Positions 1 through 10,879 of a stretch of DNA of 64,000 nt are shown here, piece by piece. The translations under genes were made by a program, and so were the position numbers. The stretch lies in the NCBI GenBank assembly GCA_963781885.1, contig CAWAHW010000002.1, positions 1,472,001 to 1,536,000 of the forward strand, read 5' to 3'. The stretch comes from an uncultured Spirochaetota bacterium (GTDB taxonomy: Bacteria > Spirochaetota > Spirochaetia > SZUA-6 > Fen-1364). How positions within the stretch are numbered: position 1 is the first letter of the stretch; each line of letters opens with the position of its first letter. The notes below the pieces were generated by a model, which worked only from the letters and a program-made list of their open reading frames with translations, ran no database searches and was not told where the DNA came from.

Positions 1-1536
1 GAGCACGTTCTGCTCGAGGATGTGATCGAACGAGATGGACGCCCCGACGAGCCAGGGAATGCCCGTGAACCAGGGCTCGGAGAAGTTGAACGCGAGGGTT
101 TGCGTCGTCAGGGACGATTCCAGGTCGATGCCCAGCGTCTGGCCCTTTCCCAGGAAGTTCCGCTCGTTCCATTTGATCGTTCCCGAGATCGGCGGCGTGC
201 CGCCGGAGAAGACGACCCCGAAATTGATGTCCGCCGTGCTCGTTTCCTCGAGGTTGAAGACGATGTTCATGAGACCCGGCTCCGACCCGATCGGCGTGTC
301 GGGCACCACAGTCTTGAAGTACTGCAGGTTCTGCAGGTACTGGATGCCCTGCACGATCTTGTCCCTGTTGAAGATGTCGCCCTCTTCGAAGGGAAGCCCG
401 CGCCGCAGGACGTAATCCTTCGTCCTCGTGTTGCCCTTGAAGATGATGTTTTCGATGTGCGCCTTGTCGGCTTCCGTGATCGTCAGGGTGTAGGCGATGG
501 TCTTCGCGGCGTTGTCGCGCGTTTCAGAGGTCGTGAAATTGTTGAAGATGTAGCCGCTGTCGTAATACAGCCCGCGCACCTTGTTGATGTCCGCCTGCAT
601 CTTCTGGAGGCTGACGAATTTCCCCTTCTTCTGCGTGACAAGCTCGGAAAGCTTCTGCGTGTCAAAGACCGTGTTGCCGGCGAATGTCATGCCGTTGTAG
701 GTCCACTGATCCCCTTCGGTGATGTAGAGGGTGAGCACGAGGTAGTTGCGCCCCTGCTGCGACTGCACCGAGCGGTCCACCTTGTCCACCTTCGCGTCGA
801 TGAATCCGCGGTCGGTGTAGTACGCGACGATGGCCGTTTTGTCGTCTTCCAGCTTCGATTCCTGGAAGACGCCGCTGTCGAAGAGGAACTGTGCCTTCGT
901 CTTCATGACGCCACGGAGGGTGCTCGCGGAGGCATAGACGTTGCCGGAGAAATCGATCTCCTTGATCGTCGTCGGCGCGCCTTCCGTGATCGTGAAGACC
1001 GCTTTTACCGTGGTTTCCGTGTCGCCGGGAGCAAATGCGCCGGTCACGTTCGCTTCCGTGTATCCCTTTTCAAGGTAGAGGCTCTTCACCGCCTCGACGT
1101 CGGCCTGGAGCTTGCCCTGGTTGGAAAGGTCCCCTTTCTTCATGAGGATCTTGTCCGTGATCTCGGTCGTGCGCACCGACGTGTTGCCGGTCACCTCGAT
1201 GGCCGAAATCGATGGCCGTTCCTTTGCAGTGAACTGGATGATCAGGGTCGTGCGGGAATCGTCGCCCGGGGTGGCGCTTGCAACGAGCGATTCGAAATAG
1301 TCCAGGGCGTACAGCTTCGCCTGCGCGTCGATGAGCAGGTCGGACGTGTATTTCTCCCCGATGTACGGCTTGAGGATCGCCTGGAGGTCGGCTTCCTTCA
1401 CCGTGATGAGCCCCGTGAAGGTGAACGCCTTGATCGGCTTGTCCACGTACCAGTCCTCCTGCGCCACGGCGGCTCCGACGCAGAGCACACCGAGCGCGAG
1501 GCAGGCGATGAATGTCTTCACGACACGGCTTCTCAT
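1..1536 (-). CDS. bamA: Outer membrane protein assembly factor BamA, N-terminal part (signal peptide + POTRA domains); runs off window edge
   Basis: Manual translation from ATG at 1536 (GGAG upstream): MRSRVVKTFIACLALGVLCVGAAVAQEDWYVDKPIKAFTFTGL...; POTRA-type segments (GN.RTKDYVLRR.LP..EGD.F). Directly downstream of tamB. Missing from the ORF track because the stop lies outside the window. Confidence 0.92.
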   Translation of the reverse strand, partial: MRSRVVKTFIACLALGVLCVGAAVAQEDWYVDKPIKAFTFTGLITVKEADLQAILKPYIGEKYTSDLLIDAQAKLYALDYFESLVASATPGDDSRTTLIIQFTAKERPSISAIEVTGNTSVRTTEITDKILMKKGDLSNQGKLQADVEAVKSLYLEKGYTEANVTGAFAPGDTETTVKAVFTITEGAPTTIKEIDFSGNVYASASTLRGVMKTKAQFLFDSGVFQESKLEDDKTAIVAYYTDRGFIDAKVDKVDRSVQSQQGRNYLVLTLYITEGDQWTYNGMTFAGNTVFDTQKLSELVTQKKGKFVSLQKMQADINKVRGLYYDSGYIFNNFTTSETRDNAAKTIAYTLTITEADKAHIENIIFKGNTRTKDYVLRRGLPFEEGDIFNRDKIVQGIQYLQNLQYFKTVVPDTPIGSEPGLMNIVFNLEETSTADINFGVVFSGGTPPISGTIKWNERNFLGKGQTLGIDLESSLTTQTLAFNFSEPWFTGIPWLVGASISFDHILEQNVL

Positions 1537-1568
1537 TCAGGCTCCTTTGCGAACTCCGCGCAATCTCA

Positions 1569-4500
1569 TCAGTAGGAGTACCTCCAACTGAAGGAGAGGC
1601 TGTTGTCGCTGAGAAACAAGCTTCCCGGATGCTGCGGGATGAAGCTCCAGTCGAGCAGGAAAAACGGGGTCGCCCACTCCATGCTCAGCTCCAGGTCCGG
1701 TTGCAGGCTCATGCCCGGGCCCGTGAGCGTCGACGACTGGTCGACCAGACCCTGCGGGATCGGCTGCTGGAGCCGGACAAGTATTTCCAGGAAAATATCG
1801 TTTCCCAGATACTTTCCAAGAGAGACGCTGGTGTTGTCAAGTGGATTGATGTTGTAGGCGAGCCATTTCTGCGCAATGACGTTCTGGATGATCTGCGTGC
1901 GGACCGAGAACATGTCCAGGTTGAGCACCTGGCGCACCTTCTGCTCGAAGGGGCGCAGGATCCAGTTCTGCGCGAGGTAATCGCTGTAGACCAGCGCCGC
2001 GAGCTCCAGGCCCTGCGAAGGGGTCGATGCCCTGTCGAAGATCGGCGCCCCGATCATCGACAGGATCTGCGCGTCGGTGCGCGACGGGTCCGAGCTGAAC
2101 CGGGGGAAAACTTGCTCAACGTGCTGTCGGCGTCCAGGTAGATCTTCACTTCCTCCGCCGTCGACGCGTCCCATTCCCGCGTCTCCGCACGCGCCGTGAT
2201 CCACGGGTCGAAATTGTCCTGGTTCTCGTTGAATGTGATCGAGCCCTTTTTCATGATGAAGCTGCTGTCGAAATAATAGATCTCCCCGCCCTGCACGCCC
2301 GTGCTGCCCTTGACGGTGTATCCTCCCGTGTCCCCGCGGTACGTGATGGCGATCTTCCCGCCCGGGCTCGCCGTCGTGCGCAGCACGGGCAGATCCGCGG
2401 ACGGCCACGTGAACTCGACGCGTCTGCCCGTTTCCGCGGTGAGATTCACGATCGTCGGCGGATCTTCGGGCGTGAACTTGCCCTGCTGCATTGGCCCCAG
2501 GGCAATGCGGCAATCACCGACAACCAGGTCCCCCGTGACATTCGTCGCCTGACTGTCCCCGGCGATGCGCACCTGGCCCGCTACGGTGCCGTCAGCGATC
2601 AGGCGGCCGAAACGCGCCCGCAGGTGTGCCGCCGTGTTCCCCTCCGTCGCGATGCTGATGTCATAGGCGGTCGGAGACCAGTGATCGAGCGTGAAGCTCG
2701 CCGTCGCGGAAAGCTTTGCCGCGCCGGCGGCCACGGACGTCTTCGCGGCATAAAAGCCCTTGCCGTCGAATATGAACGTCGTGCGGATGGGTCCCGCCTC
2801 ATCGGGTGAATACGCGCTCTGAATGCCGCCGCCCACCACGTCGAGCTGGCCCGTGAAGTCCGGATCGTTGACGTCGCCGGCGATCTGGAGGCTCCCCGTG
2901 GCGACGCCCGAGGTGACCGTGAAGATCGGGAGGGGGCCCGCGGGCGTCGCCACGGTGCCCGTGTTGAGCATGTCATTGAGAACGAGCAGGTCGATCGATT
3001 CCACCGCGAGCGTCGCGCCGATCTTGTCGCCGGTCACTTTTCCTTCCAACGTGCCGGTCAATGGCAGGGGATCGCTGAGGGCGATATTGAAGGCAAGCTG
3101 CGGACTCAGCCATCCATGCATCGAATTGCCCGGCCCTCCGTCGAACCGGATGCGGTCCGCCTCGGCCTTGTACCCGATGCTCCAGGATGGCAACGGCGAG
3201 CCGGCGACGGTGATCGCCGACAGGGAAAGCTTGCCTGGCTGGACCCGGCCGAAGAGATCCACGGGAACGGGCGAGCCGCTGCCCAACAGGATGCTTCCGT
3301 CCACCGCGGCGCTGAGGTTCACCGGGTCGTCGAAGTACTCCCCCTGGTAGCGCGCGCGCGCGATGTAGGCGCCGCTCTTCAAGTCGAAACGCCCGCTGCC
3401 GTCGGAGACGCGATGCGTGAGATACCCGACCGACAGGTTCTGCACGCTCAGCGCATCGGGGGTGAGCGTGACCCGCCCCCCCAGCGCCAGGCTGTCGGAG
3501 CCCAGTTTGCCGTTGCGCAGCGCCACCGTTGCATCGAATGCCGGATTCTCCACCGTCCCGGTCACGTTTGCCGAGCCTGAAAGGCTGCCCTGCACCGCCG
3601 TGGTCCCCAGTCGAGAGAGCGGCGAGCTATCAAACACCACGGCCAGCGACAGGGCGCCGTTCTGCACGGCTCCCTTCACGCTGTAGGACTCCGCCCCGCT
3701 CGGAGACGAAAGATGCGCGTTTCCTTCGAGCTTCAAGGCGCCCAGGGAACGAATATCCAGCATGTCGGCGGGCAGCGTGACCGCGGCGTTCGCGGCGCCC
3801 ACGAGCGTCGAGAACGCGTCGGAAAATGCGAGCCGTGAGACGACGAGCTCCCCTTTCGCGAAGCTTCCGCGAAGCTCGATGTTGTTCGTCTTCGACTGCA
3901 GGAATGGCAGGTCGTAAAGAATGATGGAGGGGAACTGCGCCGACCACTGCCCGTTGCGCGGGACGCTCCCCGTCACGTCGAAGCTCACCGGCAGCGATTT
4001 TCCGCCCACGGGAAGGGGAAAGTGCTCGCCTTTCGCCGCAATGACCACACCGCCGGCCCGGTCGGGCCCGACCGCAATCGAAAGACCGTACGAGCCATTC
4101 GCCGTGAATCCTGCGCCCGGCGTGTAATGCCCGGGTAAACGAATAGGGCGTGCCCAGGAACATGAGGCTGGACGTGAAGGCGAGGTTGCCGTCCGGGGCG
4201 ACGTCCCCTTCGAAGCCGCCCTGGATGCTCAGCCCGCGCCAGCTCCCCGAGAAGGTGGAAAGGGAGATATGCGACGAGTCGGCCGCGAGCCCGAAATGCA
4301 TCGTGGTGCCGGGGTCGCTCAGGCTCGTCACCACGACCTGCCGACTCGACGCGGCGATCTGCGAAAAGTCGGTGGAAACCCTCACGTCCGCGCTGACGGA
4401 GAATTGCGCCAGGATGTTGAAAACATCCTCCTGCTCGCGGGTCAGGGCCCCAGCCCCCATGAACAGGTGATACAGCTGGCTCGGGGGGACGCTCTTCAGG

Positions 4501-5960
4501 CTGGCGTCCACGGTGACCAGGGGCGCGGCAATTGCCGGCGCTGCATCGGCGATGACGGCCTGACCCACCGACTGTCCGAAGTGCAGGTCCCCCTGCGCCT
4601 GGAGCTGATCCTCCGGGGGGAAACCGGCAAAGGAGGTGGTGAGCCGGAATGCCGTGCCCGTGGCCGACGGCTGCAGGGAAAGCTGCAGGGAATCAAAGGC
4701 CACCTCGCCGATGACGAGCTGTGTGCCGTGGACGTCGAGACTGCCCTGGAGACGGTCGATAGAGAGCTGCGCGCTCACTTTTTCGCCGCCGCCCGGCGTC
4801 ACATTCGCCAGGGTGAGGAGCCCCGAGGGGTACATGGTGGCAAACAAAAGGCTCCCCTCGAACTGCAGGTCACCCTGGTCGGATGAAAGACGAAGCGGCT
4901 GGAAAAAGGCCTCCTTCTCCGTGCCTCGAAAGCTTGCGGCCAGCGTCACCTGTCGGATCGGGAGCTGATCCTCCAGGTAGGCCGAGACATCCGCCTCGTA
5001 CTCCAGCGTGCGCGAATCCATGCGGTAGAGCACGTGACCCGATGCGGTGAGCGGCAGGGCCAGCCATTTTGCGTAGCGGGCATAAGGCTGCGCGAACGTG
5101 AAAAGCCGGTCCAGCCGCATGTCCTGGGACTGGAAGCCCAGGAGAAGCTCGCGGGTTCCGAGGTCCGCACGAAGCGAAAGCTCGATGGGCGACCGGTCCT
5201 GTATCTTCCGCGCTTCGATGATGTTGCCCTTCACGACAATCTGCAGCGTCTGGGCCCCGGCATCGAGCACGGAGCTCTGCAGCGACTGGAGGCGCACCGT
5301 CATGTCGGCCGAGGTGAGCGCCCGGTCCACGGAGCCCTGTGCGGAGAGCGTGGAGGCATAGGTGAGCCCGCTGGCAAGCCGGCCCTGGGTGTTGCCGCGG
5401 AACGAAAATGCAATTGTGTGGTCCTGCGCGTCGAGCTGGAAAAAGAGATTGTCCAGCGAGACAGAGCCCTGGCGGGATGTGAGGGCAAGACCGATGTTCG
5501 CGCCGGTGATGCGCGCGCGCAGGCCCGCGCCCGTGCCCTCCGCCTGAAGCATCTTCTGGAGCAGGTCGACGACGTCGCGGTCTTCATCGAGGTTGAGCGA
5601 AAAGCGGGTATTGAGGAGACGGATCTCGCGGATCGCGCCGACGGGATCCCGATCCAGGAGCACGTGCAGGAGGCTGTAGGAAACACGGACATTGTGGATC
5701 AGGAGCAATGTCTGATCCGGATGCTCGGTTCCGTGAACCGCAAGCTCGCGGATTTCAATGGAGCGAAAAAAGGACGGGGCAATCTCTCCGTATGTGACGG
5801 TGCGCCCCAGGGCCGTTTCAAGACTCTTCATGGCACTGGATTTCAGCTCCGCCATGCGCGCCGTGAGCAACGTGTCCAGCGCACGCGCGCCGAACGCCGT
5901 GAAGGCGATGACTGCAATGCAACTGATGGTGGTGATCAGGGCGCGGACGGTCTTCTTCAA
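1569..5960 (-). CDS. tamB: TamB/AsmA-like translocation and assembly module protein, split over three frames (shifts at ~4133 and ~2104)
   Basis: ORFs 3630-5960, 2054-4048 and 1569-2513 join into one ~1460-aa beta-rich protein with an N-terminal TM anchor and a TamB-like C-terminus (DPWITARAE...SLGKYLGNDIFLE...SFSWRYSY). Both shifts lie in short homopolymers. Confidence 0.85.
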
Positions 5961-6670
5961 TCCTGCTTCTCCAGGCGGAAACGGAACCTCACCGTCCCGA
6001 TTGCATTCTCCCTGCCATCAATACGCGAAAAGAGGTAGTCGTGGAGGGCTTCTACCACGCTGGCGTCAATTTCAATATAGCCGGAACTCCTCGTTATTTC
6101 CACGCGAATGACGTCTCCCGACGGCGCCACCGTGATGCGCGCCTCCCCTTCTATCTCCTGTCCCATGGCGCTCAGAAGCGGCGGGAAATCTGGGTCCCTC
6201 CTCCGCAAAAGCTTCCGTTGCGCCCCTTCCCAGCCGATCTGAGCTCCCTGCGATAATGTACGCGCTCCGGCCGCCTCCGTCGTGGGGGAAGCGGGCGATG
6301 ACGGCCCCAGCGATGCCAGGTCCGCAAGCACATCCTGCGCGGAGGGCAGAGGCAGCGCGCCGGGATCGGGAGCGTTCTGCCCCCCAAGCGGTGCAACACG
6401 CCCTGCCTGCGCATCTGCCACCGCGGCATCGCTGCCTGCCGGGTTTTGCCGCGCGTTGCCCGAGGATGCGCCGACAACCGCTCCGCCGACGCGCGGGGGC
6501 CCCGTGCGGACGGCCTCCGGGCTTGCACCTCCGACCAGGGAGATATCGACGGCAAGGAACGGGGCAGGCCGGGCAGCCGGTACGGCCACGAGGCCGACCA
6601 GAAGCAGAAGGGCGGCGCAGTGGATGCCAAAGGATATGAGCCAGGGCAGCGCCTTTGCCCGCAGCGTCAT
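5957..6670 (-). CDS. TonB family energy transducer (TM anchor, low-complexity linker, TonB C-terminal domain)
   Basis: TM with SxxxH (SFGIHCAALL); C-terminus EGEARITVAPSGDVIRVEITRSSGYIEIDASVVEAL...VRFRF. Confidence 0.8.
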   Translation of the reverse strand: MTLRAKALPWLISFGIHCAALLLLVGLVAVPAARPAPFLAVDISLVGGASPEAVRTGPPRVGGAVVGASSGNARQNPAGSDAAVADAQAGRVAPLGGQNAPDPGALPLPSAQDVLADLASLGPSSPASPTTEAAGARTLSQGAQIGWEGAQRKLLRRRDPDFPPLLSAMGQEIEGEARITVAPSGDVIRVEITRSSGYIEIDASVVEALHDYLFSRIDGRENAIGTVRFRFRLEKQD

Positions 6671-6981
6671 TGCAGCCCTTCCTCCCGGAGCACGGTCATC
6701 GGGCCGTCCATCGATTCCACGTCAAGCACCCCGGGCGGCGGCGTGATGGCGGGGAGGGCAAAGGGCGGCAACGGGGTGAGGTCAAGATCGGGGAGTGCCG
6801 GCTCCGGCAGTGGCGGGGGCGGCGGAAGGGGAATGACGGTGTCATCGCGTCCCACGATCGTGACGTCCGTATCCACGGAACCAAGGTCGCGGGCGGGGGG
6901 GGCAGCCTCCTGCGCCGGCGCGTGCGGGCAAGCGGCAAAAAAAAGCGCCAGTGAAAGCATGACACGCAAAACCGTTCTCAT
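6667..6981 (-). CDS. Small secreted proline-rich hypothetical protein
   Basis: Signal-peptide-like N-terminus (LSLALFFAAC..APA-QE), polyproline tract; ATGA overlap with the tonB-like gene. Confidence 0.6.
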   Translation of the reverse strand: MRTVLRVMLSLALFFAACPHAPAQEAAPPARDLGSVDTDVTIVGRDDTVIPLPPPPPLPEPALPDLDLTPLPPFALPAITPPPGVLDVESMDGPMTVLREEGLQ

Positions 6982-6992
6982 TACAATCTTCG

Positions 6993-7628
6993 TTGGTGAG
7001 CGTCACTATACTTCAGAAATTTATCGTGCTGGAAGGCCTTGACGGGGCCGGCACGACGACGCAGCTCCGCCTCCTGTCGGAGAGGCTCGCCCGCGAAGGC
7101 ACGCCGCACCTGGCCACCTGTGAGCCGACCGACGGCCAGATCGGAAAGATGCTGCGCGCCATCCTTGCCCGCGACGTGCGCGCCCATCCTCGCACCGTGG
7201 CCCTGCTCTACGCGGCGGACCGCAGCGAGCACGTGCACGACCCGGCAACCGGCATCGAGGCCGGCGTGAAGAAAGGCCAGCTCGTGATCTCCGACCGCTA
7301 CCTCTTTTCCAGCCTCGCCTACCAGTCGATCGAATGCGGTCGGGATTTCGTCCTCGCGTTGAACGCGGGCTTCCCCCTGCCGCAGCTCCTTCTCTTTCTC
7401 GACACGCCCGTGGAGGTATGCCAGGAAAGGCTTTCCGCGCGCGGGAGAAAGGAGCTCTACGACGGGGCGACGTTCCAGACGCGGGTCCGCGACGCCTACC
7501 TGCGCGCGATCGAGCGCTACGCGGGCACGGGCATGCAGGTGTCGCTCATCGACGGCGACAGGCCCGCGGGTCTCATCCACGGCGACTTGTGGAAGATAAT
7601 CGCCGGAATGCCGATAACCAGGGTGTGA
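6993..7628 (+). CDS. tmk: Thymidylate (dTMP) kinase
   Basis: FIVLEGLDGAGTTTQ P-loop; EPT, LLYAADR and DRYLFSSLAYQ motifs. The start may be GTG 6996. Confidence 0.93.
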   Translation: MVSVTILQKFIVLEGLDGAGTTTQLRLLSERLAREGTPHLATCEPTDGQIGKMLRAILARDVRAHPRTVALLYAADRSEHVHDPATGIEAGVKKGQLVISDRYLFSSLAYQSIECGRDFVLALNAGFPLPQLLLFLDTPVEVCQERLSARGRKELYDGATFQTRVRDAYLRAIERYAGTGMQVSLIDGDRPAGLIHGDLWKIIAGMPITRV

Positions 7629-8224
7629 GGAAAGTCCCCCTCATCCTCCTTTTCCTCGTGGTTCCTCTCCTCTCCGCGAGCGCGTACCGCATCATGTACG
7701 CGGAGGAGTACTATCAGCTCTACCACGAGCATCTCCACCACTACCCCGACGACACCATGGAGGACATCTTCTACCTTGAAACGGCGCTGAAGGTGGATTT
7801 CGCCAATCCGCTCTACGCCCTGGCGCCCATCAAGGACAAGACGGAGTGGGAGCGCTATCGCGATCTCTTCTCCATGCACGTGAACCTGAAGCTCGTTGCC
7901 GCCTACCTGACACTCGGCGTGAAATATGAGAAACAGGACGCCTTCTTCTACAACTACCCGTGGAAGCAGCAGAATCTCGACAGTCTGAATATCGCGGAAA
8001 AGGCCTACCAGGCAGCCTATGCATACTGGGCCAAAGCGCAGGAATGGTCGACAAAGGCCTGGGCGATGCGCGACATCAAGCTGGAAAAGATCGAGGACTG
8101 GGAGGACGAGAACTTCCGCATCGAAACGGGGGATCTCGACTACAAGGACACGATCGACCGGCAGCTCGCGCATCTCGCCAAGGTCAGGGCCGATTTCCAG
8201 GCGATGGGACCCGGCACCTACTGA
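7625..8224 (+). CDS. Secreted conserved hypothetical protein
   Basis: GTG at 7625 overlaps the tmk stop; signal peptide VRKVPLILLFLVVPLLSASA; helical, Tyr/Trp-rich body. Confidence 0.75.
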   Translation: MRKVPLILLFLVVPLLSASAYRIMYAEEYYQLYHEHLHHYPDDTMEDIFYLETALKVDFANPLYALAPIKDKTEWERYRDLFSMHVNLKLVAAYLTLGVKYEKQDAFFYNYPWKQQNLDSLNIAEKAYQAAYAYWAKAQEWSTKAWAMRDIKLEKIEDWEDENFRIETGDLDYKDTIDRQLAHLAKVRADFQAMGPGTY

Positions 8225-8244
8225 CCGCGAACTGCTGCCTTGAC

Positions 8245-9240
8245 CTATCGTATCAGCATCGCATCGCCATAGGAAAAGAACCGATAACGCTCGGTCACGG
8301 CGTGCCTGTACGTCTTCAGGATCAGGTCCGTGCCGGCGAATGCGCCGACCAGCACCAGCAGGCTCGAATGCGGGGTGTGGAAGTTGGTGAAGAGCCTGCT
8401 CACGACCCTGAACGTGAAACCCGGCGTGATGAAGATCCTCGTGCGTCCCGGCCCTTCCCGCAGCCCTGCCTCCGACCAGGCCGACTCCAGCGTTCGAACG
8501 ACGGTGGTCCCCACGGCGAGCACCGGCCTTCCCTCGCGGACAGCCGCGTCCACCACGATCCTTGTCGCGGCAGGAATGGAATACGCCTCCTCATGCATGA
8601 CGTGCTCTTCGATGTGCTCCGTTCGTATGGGCAGGAAGGTGCCCAGGCCGACATGGAGTGTCACCCACGCCACGTGCGCCCCGCGCTCGCGGAGCGCGTC
8701 CAGCAGGCGGGGCGTGAAGTGAAGGCCTGCCGTGGGAGCAGCGGCAGAGCCCGTTTCCCGCGCGAAAACCGTCTGGTACCTCAGCTCGTCAACGGATTCG
8801 TCAGGCCTGCGTATGTAGGGCGGCAGCGGCACGTGGCCGTTTCGCTCGAGCCAGGCCTCATCAATGGACGGATTGAAGCGCAGAAGCCGGGACTCTCCAT
8901 CAGCGCTTTCAAGCGTGCCGCGCACGTCTTCTGGAAAACGAAAGCTCACGCCCTTCCGCGCGTGGCGAACCCTGCCGACAAGGGTCTCCCACAGCCCCGG
9001 CTCTTTTTCCGAGAGCAGCACGAGCTCCGCCCGACCGCCGTCGGCCCGTTCGCCGAACAGGCGCGCCTTGCGCACCCGCGTGTCGTTGAGAACGACGACG
9101 GTACCGGGATCGACCCATCGAGGCAGATCGCGGACGCTTGAGTCCGCCGTGCTGCCGTCCGTCCTGTCCAGCACGAGCAGGCGCGCGGCTTCGCGCTCCG
9201 CTGCGGGCGACTGGGCGATCAGGTCATCCGGGCAGGTCAA
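8245..9240 (-). CDS. queA: S-adenosylmethionine:tRNA ribosyltransferase-isomerase
   Basis: LIAQSP, VLNDTRVRKARL, PLPPYI, AAPTAGLHFT, TNFHTPHSSL, YRFFSYGDAM motifs. Confidence 0.97.
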   Translation of the reverse strand: MTCPDDLIAQSPAAEREAARLLVLDRTDGSTADSSVRDLPRWVDPGTVVVLNDTRVRKARLFGERADGGRAELVLLSEKEPGLWETLVGRVRHARKGVSFRFPEDVRGTLESADGESRLLRFNPSIDEAWLERNGHVPLPPYIRRPDESVDELRYQTVFARETGSAAAPTAGLHFTPRLLDALRERGAHVAWVTLHVGLGTFLPIRTEHIEEHVMHEEAYSIPAATRIVVDAAVREGRPVLAVGTTVVRTLESAWSEAGLREGPGRTRIFITPGFTFRVVSRLFTNFHTPHSSLLVLVGAFAGTDLILKTYRHAVTERYRFFSYGDAMLIR

Positions 9241-10277
9241 AAGAGAATTGGCTGGTCTTCACTTCCGGTACGGCGGACGCCCAGGTGCTCCCAGGCGCCA
9301 TTCGTGGCAACCCTGCCCCGTGGCGTGCGCTTGATGAAGCCGATCTGGATCAGGTAGGGCTCATAGACGTCTTCCAGGGTATCGACGGGCTCTCCGATCG
9401 ATATGGCGATGGTTTCCGATCCCACCGGTCCGCCGCCGTACTTCTCCACGAGCGTGCGCAGTATTTCCCGGTCCACCTTGTCCAGGCCGCGCGCGTCGAT
9501 CTCCAACGAATCGAAGCCGCGCGTCACGATGGGAAGATCGATCGTGCCATTGCCCCAGACCTGCGCAAAGTCGCGCATCCGCCGCAGGATCCGGTTGGCG
9601 ATGCGGGGCGTGCCGCGCGAGCAGCGGGAAAGCATGTCCGCCGCATCGTCCTTGATGGCGACGTCAAGGATGCCCGCGGAGCGGAAGACGATTGCCCGCA
9701 GGTCCGCCGGGTCGTAGAAGTCCAGGCGCAGCGGGATGCCGAAACGCGAGTGCAGCGGTCCCGAGACAAGTCCTGTCTTCGTCGTGGCGCCGATGAGCGT
9801 GAACGGCGGCAGCGGAATCTTTATTGTGCGCGCGCCAGGGCCCGCGCCGATCACCACGTCGATCTCGAAATCCTCCATGGCCGAGTACAGCATCTCCTCC
9901 ACCACGGGCTTCAGCCGGTGTATCTCGTCGATGAAGAAGATGTTCCGCTCTCCGATGCTGGTGAGGATGGCTGCCAGGTCGCCCGGCTTCTCCAGGGCGG
10001 GCGCCGAGGTGGCGCGGAACTGTACACCCAGCTCATTCGCGACGATTGCGGCAAGCGTCGTTTTCCCAAGGCCAGGCGGCCCTGAGAGAAAGACATGGTC
10101 CAGGTGCTCGCCCCGCTGCTTCGCGGCCTCGATGTACACCGCGAGATTCTCCTTCATTTTTTCCTGGCCCACGAACTCCGAAAGAAGGCGAGGCCGGAGT
10201 GTCACCTCTTCCTTGTCGTCGGACTCCCGAAAGGAGGGGTCCGGGATTCGGGGTGCGGGCTCGCGGGGCTCTTTCAT
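9237..10277 (-). CDS. ruvB: Holliday junction branch migration helicase RuvB
   Basis: LRP..LSEFVGQ, GPPGLGKTT, FIDEIHRL, RGTPRIANR, EPYLIQ.GF..RTPRGR. Confidence 0.98.
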   Translation of the reverse strand: MKEPREPAPRIPDPSFRESDDKEEVTLRPRLLSEFVGQEKMKENLAVYIEAAKQRGEHLDHVFLSGPPGLGKTTLAAIVANELGVQFRATSAPALEKPGDLAAILTSIGERNIFFIDEIHRLKPVVEEMLYSAMEDFEIDVVIGAGPGARTIKIPLPPFTLIGATTKTGLVSGPLHSRFGIPLRLDFYDPADLRAIVFRSAGILDVAIKDDAADMLSRCSRGTPRIANRILRRMRDFAQVWGNGTIDLPIVTRGFDSLEIDARGLDKVDREILRTLVEKYGGGPVGSETIAISIGEPVDTLEDVYEPYLIQIGFIKRTPRGRVATNGAWEHLGVRRTGSEDQPILF

Positions 10278-10879
10278 GCGCCCGTCCCTTCGCCACCGGC
10301 AATCGCAAGCGAACGCTTGAACAGCTCACGCTCCAGCTCCTCACCCTTGAATGAGGACGCTGCCAGCGCTTTCTGGGCTGCGGCAACGGAATTCCTCGCC
10401 GTGCGCCTGTCGAATCCCATGCCAACGAGCGCCGTGGTGATGTCGTCTTCCATGGATCGGGTCGGTCCGTCACCCGACGGCGTGAGCTTTCCTTTCAGCG
10501 TGAGGATGATCTTCTGGGCTGTTTTCTTTCCAACGCCGGGCACCGTGGAAAGGAGCTCGACGTCGTCTGCGTCCAGCGCCGCGGCGAATTGCTCGCGGTC
10601 CATGCCGGAAAGCATCTTCAAAGCGCCCCGCGGTCCCACGCCGTCCACCTTCTGCAGATCCATGAAAAGGGCGCGCTCGGCCATGTCGCAAAAGCCGTAG
10701 AGACGCATGGAGTCCTCTCGGTGGAGCAGGTGGGTGTAGACACGGGCGACCTCACCGATGCCCGGCAGGCGCTCCAGCGCCTTGCGGGAGACGGTCATCT
10801 CCCACTCCACCCCGCCGGTCTGGAGGCAGAGCCGCTCCTCCCCCTTCTGGGTTATCTCACCGGTGAGGCTGTTGAACAT
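10274..10879 (-). CDS. ruvA: Holliday junction branch migration protein RuvA
   Basis: MFNSLTG...REDSMRLYGF...VDGVGPRGA...VPGVGKKTAQKI; lies between ruvC and ruvB. Confidence 0.96.
   Translation of the reverse strand: MFNSLTGEITQKGEERLCLQTGGVEWEMTVSRKALERLPGIGEVARVYTHLLHREDSMRLYGFCDMAERALFMDLQKVDGVGPRGALKMLSGMDREQFAAALDADDVELLSTVPGVGKKTAQKIILTLKGKLTPSGDGPTRSMEDDITTALVGMGFDRRTARNSVAAAQKALAASSFKGEELERELFKRSLAIAGGEGTGA

Noticed and set aside
22-1575. 517-aa plus-strand ORF, and similar long shadow ORFs (11062-12204, 28740-29954, 32545-34260, 35571-37022)
   Set aside because: These are antisense shadows of real genes (bamA, yebC/ruvC, MFS, kinase, ADH), typical of high-GC codon usage, with no recognisable motifs.
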